Shown piece after piece: positions 47,932 to 56,798 of a DNA stretch of 64,000 bases. The position numbers and the translations under genes are program-made. This stretch comes from Clostridia bacterium (GTDB taxonomy: Bacteria; Bacillota; Clostridia; Christensenellales; CAG-138): contig JAFRNW010000010.1 of assembly GCA_017429985.1 (NCBI GenBank), forward strand, positions 5,700 through 69,699, given 5' to 3'. The notes below the pieces were generated by a model. That model saw nothing but the letters and a program-made list of their open reading frames with translations, was not told the origin of the DNA and did not search any database. Numbering within the stretch: position 1 is the first letter of the stretch; every line of letters starts with the position of its first letter.

Positions 47932-49195
47932 AAGAAAAAAGGGGAGCGGAGCTTTCGGAGTCGTTGTGATTGTTCTGGTTGTCCTGCTTCTCGCGTCCTG
48001 TGTCACCGGCTTTTTCCTGCTCAGGAAATCAGGTGAGGCGATTTTCAACAGCGTTTCCGGCTTCGTATCCGGGAATGACGGAAAGCAGCAGAGCATCAAA
48101 CCCGCGGAAAGCGGGGTAACGACGCCCACGCCGGCTCCGACTGCAGCGCCGACGGAAAGCGACCGCGAAATGCCCGAACTGGACGGCGCGGTTCCTTCGA
48201 TCGGCTCGGATTCGGGGAATCCCATTCCGACCATTTTTGAGAACGTGTCTCCGTCTGTCGTTGGCGTGGTGCAGTACAGGACGATGGACGGGATCCTGTC
48301 CGTTTACGGGTCAGGCACCGGATTCATCGTATCTTCCAAAGGTTACATCCTGACGAACGCACACGTTGTGGAAGGGGCGGAACTGGTAACGGTAATGCTT
48401 CCCGACGGAGAGGAAATCGACGCGAAAGTCATCGGGATCGACAGCGATACGGACGTGGGAGTCCTGAAGGTCGAGCATGAAGGGCTGAAAGCGCTTGCAA
48501 TCGGGAACTCCGACGATGTCCGGGTCGGGGAATTCGTCCTGGCGATCGGAAACCCCCTGGACATGAAACGCCTTGCTAACACTTTGACCTTCGGCATCAT
48601 CAGCGCGAAAAGCCGTGAGATCACGATCGAGGGGCAGACAAACAGTTACCTTCAGACGGACGCGGCGATCAATTACGGGAACAGCGGCGGGCCGCTGCTG
48701 AACATGCGCGGGGAAGTGATCGGGATCAACAGTGCCAAGTCGATCACTGCGGGATACGATTCCTTCGGCAACCCGATCAGCGCGGAGGGGATCGGATTTG
48801 CGCTCCCGATCAATACTTCCGTCGAGATCATGCGGATCCTGATTGAAAAAGGCACCGTGGAACGGCCCGCGGTCGGCATCACGGTCTATACCCTGACGGA
48901 AGCGCAGGCCGCCAAGCTGAATGTCGAAAAAGGCGTTTACGTGGAGAGCGTGGTCAAGGACGGGCCGGCTTTCAAGGCGGGCGTCAAGGCAGGTGACATC
49001 ATTATCAAGGTGAACGGCAGCGAGCTGGCGGATCAGTCGGAACTGGTCAAGGTGATCAATTCCTGCAAGATCGGGGATTCCATCGATCTGGTCCTGCTGC
49101 GGAACGGAGAGGAGATTTCCTGTACGATCCAGCTCGGGAACAAGACAGAAATGAACTTCAAAGACGCGGAAAAAGAAACGCTTCCCGACAACTGA
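47918..49195 (+). CDS. htrA: HtrA/DegP-family serine protease with PDZ domain
   Basis: N-terminal TM segment and the catalytic triad context TNAHVV, DVGVLKV, GNSGGPL. C-terminal PDZ domain. Overlaps the HK stop by 14 nt. Confidence 0.9.
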   Translation: MGSTKRKKGSGAFGVVVIVLVVLLLASCVTGFFLLRKSGEAIFNSVSGFVSGNDGKQQSIKPAESGVTTPTPAPTAAPTESDREMPELDGAVPSIGSDSGNPIPTIFENVSPSVVGVVQYRTMDGILSVYGSGTGFIVSSKGYILTNAHVVEGAELVTVMLPDGEEIDAKVIGIDSDTDVGVLKVEHEGLKALAIGNSDDVRVGEFVLAIGNPLDMKRLANTLTFGIISAKSREITIEGQTNSYLQTDAAINYGNSGGPLLNMRGEVIGINSAKSITAGYDSFGNPISAEGIGFALPINTSVEIMRILIEKGTVERPAVGITVYTLTEAQAAKLNVEKGVYVESVVKDGPAFKAGVKAGDIIIKVNGSELADQSELVKVINSCKIGDSIDLVLLRNGEEISCTIQLGNKTEMNFKDAEKETLPDN

Positions 49196-49232
49196 CAGCC
49201 GGGATTCCGCTAGAAGACAGCCGAAAAAACGG

Positions 49233-49267
49233 GCAGCGCCGGATACAAACCGTGCGCTGCTTTTCTT
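49233..49267 (+). terminator. rho-independent terminator between convergent htrA and ppx-like genes
   Basis: GCAGCGC (49233..49239) pairs with GCGCTGC (49254..49260), followed by TTTTCTT. Confidence 0.6.
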
Positions 49268-49294
49268 ATACTTTGCGTATGAGAGGATCCGGTC

Positions 49295-50164
49295 TCAGGA
49301 AGCGCTTTCCGTCAGTTTCCGGACCGCGTATCCTTCCAGTCCGTCTCTGTCGCTGATCCGCAGGGAACGGATCCCGATGCGCTGCATCAGATAGTGGAGA
49401 AGATATCCGCCTCCCATGATGATATTGTGGCGGCGGGCAAGGAGAGGGATTTCCGCCCTTCCGCTGTCCCCCATGCTTTCAAGCACATGAAGCAGCAGCA
49501 GAAGCGCCTCATCATACAGAACTACACTGCCTACGCGGGCTGGATCATACTGTTCCAGATTCAGCGCCAAAGCGCCGAGCGTGGTCGCCGTGCCGCCGAC
49601 AGCGGTCCATTCCATTTCGGGAAAAGGCGGAAGATCGTAAGTTTTGTCAAATAACGGTATGAGGGAATCGAGATCGTAAAGCGTCTGGGACGGGCACCAG
49701 TCGCGGATCCTGACGGCGCCGATCGGAAAACTTGCACGGAAGGATTCCGTGATGACCTGGGAGCTCCCGCCTCCGATATCGATCAGACCTCCGCCGTTTC
49801 CTGCGCCTGCATAGGCGAGGGCAGCCTCCTCTTCACCGGGCAGGATGTCCACGGGCAGGGACGTCTGCTCCGCGATCCTGCTGATGAACTCTTCGCGGTT
49901 TGCCGCGTCCCGGACCGCGCTTGTCGCATAGCAGAAACACGGCAGGTTCCGCTTGCCTGCGCGGTCTGCGAGCTGCTTCAGTACGGCGAGAGACTTTTCA
50001 ACTGACCCACCGGACAGAAGTCCCGAGGCAGCCAGACCCTCCGCAAGCCGCGTGGTATAGGTTTCTTTCTTAGAAAAAGAAAAACCGGAATCGGTTTTCT
50101 CTGCTTCCATATAGCGGATGGAGTTGCTTCCGATGTCGATAACGGCGATCTGCATAGGCATCAA
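49295..50164 (-). CDS. Ppx/GppA-family phosphatase (short form)
   Basis: IAVIDIGSNSIRY N-terminal ASKHA-fold motif and IDIGGGSSQ second phosphate motif. Confidence 0.85.
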   Translation of the reverse strand: MMPMQIAVIDIGSNSIRYMEAEKTDSGFSFSKKETYTTRLAEGLAASGLLSGGSVEKSLAVLKQLADRAGKRNLPCFCYATSAVRDAANREEFISRIAEQTSLPVDILPGEEEAALAYAGAGNGGGLIDIGGGSSQVITESFRASFPIGAVRIRDWCPSQTLYDLDSLIPLFDKTYDLPPFPEMEWTAVGGTATTLGALALNLEQYDPARVGSVVLYDEALLLLLHVLESMGDSGRAEIPLLARRHNIIMGGGYLLHYLMQRIGIRSLRISDRDGLEGYAVRKLTESAS

Positions 50165-50445
50165 TCAACAAATTTCAGGTCGTTGCTGTAAACATATCCG
50201 AGCTTTTCACGGGCATACTGAAGCAGATAGTCATTGGTGCCCATGTATTCAAGGGTCCGTTCCAGACGTTCTTCCTCCACTTTCAGCTTGTCAAGCTCGT
50301 TTTGAAGCGAGGCTTTTTCCTCTGCGATTGTTTTAATGCGCGTTTCCTGGGACAGATAAACGCCGCCCAGTATGCAGACAAGCAGCAGAAATGCCAGGAT
50401 GACGTATCCGGCGCGGAGTCTGAATTTTTTCTTCTTCTTTGCCAT
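50161..50445 (-). CDS. septum formation initiator (FtsB/DivIC family)
   Basis: 94 aa: basic N-terminus, one TM segment, a coiled coil (ASLQNELDKLKVEEERLE) and a C-terminal YAREKLGYV motif. Confidence 0.8.
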   Translation of the reverse strand: MAKKKKKFRLRAGYVILAFLLLVCILGGVYLSQETRIKTIAEEKASLQNELDKLKVEEERLERTLEYMGTNDYLLQYAREKLGYVYSNDLKFVD

Positions 50446-50538
50446 ACTGGTAAGTATACCACAGTTCGTCCCGGCGGATTGTAAACTCCTTATAAAAAAT
50501 GCGTTCCGGGGATCGGAACGGAATGCGGTTTTTTGTTC

Positions 50539-50568
50539 TTGACACAGGTTTTTGTTTGTCGGTATGAT
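50539..50568 (+). promoter_or_regulatory. candidate sigma-A promoter for rho
   Basis: TTGACA (50539..50544), 18-nt spacer, TATGAT (50563..50568). Leader of roughly 90 nt. Confidence 0.45.
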
Positions 50569-50660
50569 TAAGGTACTTATTAGATCCAGTATTCATTTCT
50601 GACTGTCTGAGATTTTTTCCATTACAAAAACCATATTTGCCCCACAGGAAGGAGCCCCCC

Positions 50661-52349
50661 TTGAATCAGGAACAATTAGAGATCAAGTCTATCAGCGACT
50701 TGCGTGAAATCGCGAAGCTGCAGGGTGTTAAGAGCGCAGGCAAATACCGGAAGACCGAGCTTGTTGAGATCATCATGAACGGCGGGGTCGTACCGGACCA
50801 TATTGCCGAAAGATACGGCGCGGTCAAGAAACCGGAAACCGTGCAGGAGGAAGAGACTCCGGCGACGCTTCAGACGGAGCCCGAACAGCTGGAGGGTTCG
50901 GAACCGGCAGCGGAAGAAACGAAGGAAGCGCATCCTGCTCAGAGACAGCAGCGAAAATATCCGCAGAACGGCGGTTATGCACGTAACGGCCGGAGGCAGC
51001 CGTCCGCTAGGCGGGAGCCTTTCCAGCGAAAAGGAGCGGAACAGGCTGCTCAGCCTGCGGACGCCAGAGACGATTCTGCGCAGGAAGAAGAGAAGAAAAG
51101 TGCAGGACGGCCGACCGAATACTACAACAGGGATTACGGGACAAGCAATCCTGCCGTTCCGGAGATGCTGGAAGCTGGGGAGTGCGGCGACGCGGAAGGC
51201 GTGCTCGAGGTGTTGCCGGACGGGTACGGCTTCCTGAGATCGGATAATTATCTTTCCGGACAGCGCGACGTATATGTTTCTATCGCGCAGATCCGCAGGT
51301 TCGGATTGAGAACAGGTGATTTTGTAAAGGGAAAAACCCGCCCTGCAAAAGAAGGCGAGCGTTTTCTCGCACTGCTGTACATCATTTCCGTCAACGGGGA
51401 AGCGCCTGAAAAGCTGCTTGAGAGGAAGCCGTTTGAAGAACTGATCCCGATCTTCCCGGAGGAACGGTACACGCTGGAGATTCCGGGGCAGAGGAACAAT
51501 CTTGCGACACGCCTGATCGATCTGATCGCACCGATTGGAAAAGGACAGCGCGCTATGATCGTTTCCCAGCCGAAAGCCGGAAAAACGACCCTGCTGAAGA
51601 ATATCGCAAAAGGCATTTCGACCAACTATCCGGATTCTCATCTGATCGTGCTTCTGATCGATGAGCGCCCGGAGGAGGTAACGGACATGCAGCGGTCAAT
51701 CGACGGCGAAGTGCTCTATTCCACGTTCGATGAGCTGCCTGAACATCATACCCGCGTTGCGGAAATGGTGCTGGAACGGTCCATGCGCCTGGTCGAATAC
51801 GGCAAGGACGTGGTCGTGCTGATGGACAGCCTTACGAGGCTGACAAGGGCTTACAACCTGACGATACCGCCGACCGGAAGGACTTTGTCCGGCGGCATGG
51901 ACCCCGGAGCGCTCCACAAACCGAAGCGGTTCTTCGGTGCGGCAAGAAACATTGAGAACGGCGGCAGCCTGACAGTGATCGCTACCGCCCTGGCGGAGAC
52001 CGGAAGCCGCATGGACGATATCGTATATGAGGAATTCAAAGGGACTGGCAATATGGAGATCCATCTGGACCGCCGTCTTTCCGAACGCAGGATCTTCCCC
52101 GCCATCGATATCTATAAATCCGGAACAAGAAGGGAAGAACTGCTGCTTTCCAGGGAGGAGCTGGAAGGAACCCGTACGATCCGCAGACTGCTCAGCGGGT
52201 CGAATCCGATGGAAGTTACGGAACAGCTCGTTTCCATGCTTGACAAGACTTCAACCAATGCCGAATTCCTTGCGAGGCTGAAGGAATGGGTCAGCATTTA
52301 TGAAAAAGACGGGTACACCATGGCGTCCCAGAACCGGTACGGGAAATAG
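50661..52349 (+). CDS. rho: transcription termination factor Rho with a long N-terminal insertion
   Basis: Rho_N helix bundle ([25 protein letters not shown]), CSD-like [14 protein letters not shown], Walker [20 protein letters not shown] start at 50661 behind AGGAAGGAG. Confidence 0.93.
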   Translation: MNQEQLEIKSISDLREIAKLQGVKSAGKYRKTELVEIIMNGGVVPDHIAERYGAVKKPETVQEEETPATLQTEPEQLEGSEPAAEETKEAHPAQRQQRKYPQNGGYARNGRRQPSARREPFQRKGAEQAAQPADARDDSAQEEEKKSAGRPTEYYNRDYGTSNPAVPEMLEAGECGDAEGVLEVLPDGYGFLRSDNYLSGQRDVYVSIAQIRRFGLRTGDFVKGKTRPAKEGERFLALLYIISVNGEAPEKLLERKPFEELIPIFPEERYTLEIPGQRNNLATRLIDLIAPIGKGQRAMIVSQPKAGKTTLLKNIAKGISTNYPDSHLIVLLIDERPEEVTDMQRSIDGEVLYSTFDELPEHHTRVAEMVLERSMRLVEYGKDVVVLMDSLTRLTRAYNLTIPPTGRTLSGGMDPGALHKPKRFFGAARNIENGGSLTVIATALAETGSRMDDIVYEEFKGTGNMEIHLDRRLSERRIFPAIDIYKSGTRREELLLSREELEGTRTIRRLLSGSNPMEVTEQLVSMLDKTSTNAEFLARLKEWVSIYEKDGYTMASQNRYGK

Positions 52350-52454
52350 CAAAGAGGAAAAGGTGCTTTACGTTTCTCCTGTAGAAATGATATTGTAATG
52401 AAATTTCAATTATAATCCCATAATAAGACAAATACCCGTTTTAGGAGTTTTATA

Positions 52455-54383
52455 ATGCTTTTTGTGCAGGCATTTCTGCTGTTGATTATCTTATCCATTA
52501 GTATGTTTGGTGCAGTTTTCTTCGAAACGAGATTTGAAGATACTTTTCCTATAACATGCATGACAATCGTATTTATTCTTTTCTGTGCCGGTCTAATCAA
52601 CAATCTTCTGATTGGCGTTTATTTGGTTTATTTGTTATGTGCTTTAAGTATTGTTGCTAGTACTGTAAAAATCATACATAACTGTAAAAAATCCGGCGTT
52701 CGGTCGGTTCGTTGGATCGTGACAAGCGTTTTTACTCCTGCTTTTTTTATCTTCCTCTTTATTTTTGCGATCATCACTTTTTGCAATTATAGGCATCGGG
52801 TTATTGGCTGGGATGAACTGACACATTGGGCTACAGTTGTTAAACACATGGTGTCGGCAAACACTTTCGGATGTGATATGCACGCCGATTTTGTCGTATT
52901 TAAATCATATCCGCCGGCAGTTTCATTGTTTCAGTATTTTGTTGAGAAAACAGCGTTATTGTTCAATAGAAATCTGGAATTCTGTGACTGGCTGTTATAC
53001 TTCGCATACCAACTGTTCAGTTTATCTTTTGTCCTTCCATTTATAGGAAAGCTGAATTATAAACGCATCTCGTCATATATCGTTTTGATATGTTCTTTTT
53101 TATCTTTTACTTTGATTTATTCAAATGCCCTCAACACTGTTTATGTCGATCCTTTTATCGGACTTGTTTCCGGTTCTGGTCTTGCGATGACTTTTATGGC
53201 TTCCAAAGAAAGGGATAAAAAGGTATACCGACTCACGGTTATTATGGAAATCGCCCTATTGGTTCTGATTAAAGACGTTGGCATTCTGTTTTCTGCATTT
53301 CTTGCACTTACATACGTTTTTGTGCTAGCACTCCCGTTTCGGAGTATTTCTGTAAAGAGAGTCATTATGGAATCTTCAGCTATTGCTTGCGCGGTTGTCG
53401 TACCAAAAGCGCTTTGGAAGATCTGTATTTATAGAAACGATGCCGGCACATTGTTTGGAGCACCGATCGACTTCAACTCGCTTGTTGATATACTCCAAGG
53501 AAAAGAAAACTCTTATAGGATCGATGTAATCAAGAATTACCTGAATTACTGGTTTTCAAGATCGTATCCTGTTAAGTTTTTTGGTGTGAACGTTCCGGTC
53601 ATGTTTCTGCTCGTATTACTCTTATCCGGCGCATATTTGATTTACCGTCTTTACGTCAGACTGCTTCGTGCAGACCGAAATACGTTAAAACTGGGATTAA
53701 TGAGCATCATATTTCAGTCGGTTACCTTTTCTGCGGGGATGTTGATCGTATACATGTATAAATTTCCCTACTATGAAGCTGTTGAACTTGCGTCAGTTGA
53801 TAGATATTTAGGAATACTTTATAATTCAATTTGGTTCTTTTTTATATTGTCTATGGTTTATCTTATCCAGTACAGTCGAAAAAATGCCACCGCTATTTCG
53901 CTGGTGCTACTTTGTTTATCCTTGTCTACTGGTCAAGTGTCAGAGGCAGGTAATTATCTGCAAAGGATTCCAGCAAGCAATTCAATCAGCGATTATAATG
54001 CTTACAGAGGGTTCTTTGAAACCGTGCAATCAAAGACGGAATCAGACAGCAGGATTTATTTTGTATCCCAGTGGACTACAGGCTACGATTATTGGATCAC
54101 AAAATACTATCTTTTCCCGAGAAGAATAAATCCGGGATGTACACCTCTGTCACCGACATGGAGTATCGGAATTCCTAAAAACGACAATGATGTATGGACA
54201 ATGATGCTAACAGCAGAACAGTGGAGGGACATTTTGGTCCGGGAATATGATTATGTCGCGGTATACAAACTAAACGACTATTTTCTGGAAGAGTATTCTG
54301 AACTGTTCATGAATTCAGAAGAAATAGGCGAACAAAAACTGTATATAGTTGATAAAATGTTGGGCAGACTGATTCTTCAGTAA
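52455..54383 (+). CDS. polytopic membrane protein, GT-C-like candidate; AT-rich paralog of 39172..41049
   Basis: Aligns by eye with the 39172 protein: GWDELTHWATVV, FKSYPPAVSLFQYF, LIKDVGILFSAF, YDYVAVYKLNDYFLEEYSELF. AT-rich codon usage unlike its neighbours. Confidence 0.65.
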   Translation: MLFVQAFLLLIILSISMFGAVFFETRFEDTFPITCMTIVFILFCAGLINNLLIGVYLVYLLCALSIVASTVKIIHNCKKSGVRSVRWIVTSVFTPAFFIFLFIFAIITFCNYRHRVIGWDELTHWATVVKHMVSANTFGCDMHADFVVFKSYPPAVSLFQYFVEKTALLFNRNLEFCDWLLYFAYQLFSLSFVLPFIGKLNYKRISSYIVLICSFLSFTLIYSNALNTVYVDPFIGLVSGSGLAMTFMASKERDKKVYRLTVIMEIALLVLIKDVGILFSAFLALTYVFVLALPFRSISVKRVIMESSAIACAVVVPKALWKICIYRNDAGTLFGAPIDFNSLVDILQGKENSYRIDVIKNYLNYWFSRSYPVKFFGVNVPVMFLLVLLLSGAYLIYRLYVRLLRADRNTLKLGLMSIIFQSVTFSAGMLIVYMYKFPYYEAVELASVDRYLGILYNSIWFFFILSMVYLIQYSRKNATAISLVLLCLSLSTGQVSEAGNYLQRIPASNSISDYNAYRGFFETVQSKTESDSRIYFVSQWTTGYDYWITKYYLFPRRINPGCTPLSPTWSIGIPKNDNDVWTMMLTAEQWRDILVREYDYVAVYKLNDYFLEEYSELFMNSEEIGEQKLYIVDKMLGRLILQ

Positions 54384-54477
54384 ACTGTAGACGAGAAGCC
54401 ATACTCATTCCGTTATTGGATTAGTAAATTACAAGAAAAAGGGTTAAAGATTTCTTTTGAATTTATTAATAAATGTC

Positions 54478-54506
54478 TTGCTTTATCTGGAACTGCTGAG
54501 TATAAT
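54478..54506 (+). promoter_or_regulatory. candidate sigma-A promoter for rpmE
   Basis: TTGCTT (54478..54483), 17-nt spacer, TATAAT (54501..54506). Confidence 0.5.
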
Positions 54507-54541
54507 TATTTCCGCTAGCGTTATAAAAGGAGTTGAGTCTC

Positions 54542-54739
54542 ATGAAGAAGGATATCCATCCGAAATACGGAAAAGCAATCGTGCGTTGTGCCTGCGGAGA
54601 AACATTCACCACCGGCTCTACACGCGGCGAACTTTCCGTTGAAATTTGCAGCAAGTGCCATCCGTTCTATACTGGACGTCAGAAGCTTGTTGACAGTGGC
54701 GGACGCGTAGATCGTTTCAAAAAACGTTATGGTCTGTAA
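54542..54739 (+). CDS. rpmE: 50S ribosomal protein L31 (Zn-ribbon type)
   Basis: [10 protein letters not shown]-terminus, and CxC plus [19 protein letters not shown] sequence. Confidence 0.93.
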   Translation: MKKDIHPKYGKAIVRCACGETFTTGSTRGELSVEICSKCHPFYTGRQKLVDSGGRVDRFKKRYGL

Positions 54740-54768
54740 TTCCCGATTGTTTTGTGCAACGAAGAGGG

Positions 54769-54813
54769 GCTGTTTCAAAAGCAAACGAAAAGAGCTTTTG
54801 AGGCAGCTTTTTT
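54769..54813 (+). terminator. rho-independent terminator after rpmE
   Basis: GCTGTTTCAAAAGC ... GCTTTTGAGGCAGC (8+4 bp with a 2-nt internal mismatch) followed by TTTTTT. Confidence 0.6.
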
Positions 54814-54936
54814 CATTTATACCGAAAATCAGGCATTTGTTGGATGGATCGTATTTGAGTCGAACCGCCCCGGAATTGCTTCTGATTGGTTTTGGGGCAC
54901 AGCAAACAAGCCTTCGAAAGGCAGGATAACGTATAA

Positions 54937-56267
54937 TATTTTTCGCAAATTAAAAAGGCAATAAGATAGGCATGTCTATCCCCACTCGGAAAAATTTGAG
55001 TTACCACACACAAAACAACCGGGGAGGAACTAGTCCATGTCTGACAACATCATACAATTAAATGAGGCAGCCATAAAGGATGAATTGAGAGATCTTGTGA
55101 AAAACAGTGTGGAAGAGACACTGAACGCCCTGCTGGGACATGAAGCGGAGGAACTGGTGAATGCGGAACGGTACGAACGGTCAGGAGACCGTAAGGGATA
55201 CCGGCCCGGGCACTATGACAGGATCTTCACAATGACATCCGGCGATGTAACGCTGCACATACCGAAACGGAAGGGGATCCGTTCCGAGACTGCAATCGTT
55301 GAGAGATACCGGCGCAGAGAGACGTCGATAGAGGAAGCCCTGACAGAGATGTATCTGGCAGGCGTGTCGGTATGCAGTGTCGAGGATATAACAGAAGCTC
55401 TGTGGGGCACGAAAGTGTCTCCCGGAACGATCAGCAACCTGAATCAGAAAGTATACGAGAACATAGAGAAATGGCGCTGCCGTCCGAGGTAAACACGCTT
55501 ATGTTTATGTCGATGGGGTCTATCTGAAACGGAGCTGGGGCGGCGAGGTACAGAACGTGTCCATACTTGTTGCAACTGGTGTAGATCAGTGCGGATACCG
55601 CGAGATACTTGGTGCTGCAGAGGGCATGAAAGAAGACTGTGAAAGCTGGAAAAACTTCTTTATCTGGCTGAAAGAAAGAGGTCTGAGCGGCGTAAAACTG
55701 ATCGTAGGAGGCAGGGATCTCGGGATGCTGGAAACAATTGCAGAAGTGTTTCCCGAAGCCGGATACCAGCGCTGTGAGGTTATCTTCTACCGTAATGTAT
55801 GTCTCTGTGATCCCAAACGGAAAGATCAGAGAAGTATCCAGAATGCTCATGGCGATCCACGCTTAGGAGAGTCTGGAATCTGCCAGGATAAAGGCGTCCC
55901 AGGTTAATGAGAAACTGCATCGGATGAAACTCAGCGCGGCTGCATGAAAGGTCGGGGATGGGATAGAAGAAACGCTGACTTACATGCGTTTTCCCAGCCA
56001 GCACTGGACCAGGATTCGGACCAACAACACTCTGGAACGGCTGAACAGAGAGATCAAGCGCCGGATAAAGGCTGTCGGGGCTTCCCCGGCTGGGAACAGC
56101 GCGCTGATGCTCGTTTGCGTACTCCTATGACATGTCGCAGGCACACAATGGGGCGTGAAGAGATATATGAACATGGATCATCTTCTGGAAATCAAGGAAG
56201 ACTTCGATGACTCCATGATAGTATGACTAACGAAACCGAGTGGTTATTCTGGAATTTGCGAAACAAT
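54937..56267 (+). mobile_element. decayed IS256-family insertion sequence (about 1.3 kb)
   Basis: Contains the broken IS256-type transposase. TTTCGCAAATT (54941..54951) and its exact reverse complement AATTTGCGAAA (56253..56263) bracket it as short inverted repeats. Exact ends and target duplication were not resolved. Confidence 0.6.
55037..56225 (+). pseudogene. IS256-family (mutator-type) transposase, inactivated by frameshifts and in-frame stops
   Basis: Pieces in different frames: LNALLGHEAEELVNAERYERS, YVYVDGVYLKRSWGGEVQNVSILVATGVDQCGYREILG, FPEAGYQRC, FPSQHWTRIRTNNTLERLNREIKRR. There is at least one frameshift near 55490 and TGA stops near 55945 and 56127. Confidence 0.8.
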
Positions 56268-56269
56268 CG

Positions 56270-56632
56270 TGACATCATTAATGGCGGATCTGTGTTTTGT
56301 GTTCAGGCTGTTTCTTTATGTTTTCCGGAACCGGTTCACCTTATTGTGATTCGACACCGACTGTCCCTGCAAAAGATAACGGTACCTATGTTGTACCGGA
56401 ACGCTTCTTCGATCTTCCGGTTCGACCATTTCTCTCGTCGGAATATGCCAGCACCATAATCGTGAACAACGTTACAGGCTCCACGGTGCTGTTTCCTCCT
56501 TTGTCTGAGTTCGTCAAGTATAATCTCTGTAGTTCATTTCCTTCAGTACCTGATCCAGCACCCTCATCTTCGCGTCTTTCGGAATGAGATGCTCCATTTC
56601 TAGCGGCAATACCAGTTGCCTTTTGCAGTCAT
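56270..56632 (-). pseudogene. N-terminal fragment of an IS1182/DUF772-type transposase, frameshifted and truncated at the IS256-like element
   Basis: Minus-strand hand translation gives QLVLPLEMEHLIPKDAKMRVLDQVLKEMNY, VEPVTLFTIMVLAYS, SRKIEEAFRYNI and QGQSVSNHNKVNRFRK in shifting frames. This resembles the conserved IS1182 transposase N-terminus as I recall it. Confidence 0.45.
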
Positions 56633-56672
56633 TTTTGGTATATTCACTAAGCAATTTGTTCACAACATAATT

Positions 56673-56713
56673 ATACCAAAGGGCAGAATCCTCTGATTCT
56701 GCTCCTTTGGTAT
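56673..56713. repeat. 18-bp-stem inverted repeat
   Basis: ATACCAAAGGGCAGAATC-ctct-GATTCTGCtCCTTTGGTAT (one bulged base). Lies between the IS1182-like fragment and the acyltransferase stop. Could be an IS end or a terminator. Confidence 0.5.
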
Positions 56714-56798
56714 TATACCCCCTTTTCCACTCAAAAAGACTGCTTCAATACGTTTCCGCTTTGAGGCAGCCCCGTTTTGTTTACCCGAAATGATCCTA

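Noticed and set aside
50637-50660. Upstream TTG (50637) as the rho start
   Set aside because: The AGGAAGGAG SD sequence lies inside that extension, correctly spaced for the TTG at 50661, and that start gives the canonical Rho N-terminus.
54729-55013. Small ORFs between the rpmE terminator and the IS256-like element (54729..54929, 54752..54964, 54813..55013)
   Set aside because: They overlap one another in different frames and lack translation signals. The region is more likely leftover IS-flanking DNA. I could not confirm that it holds the missing part of the IS1182-like element.
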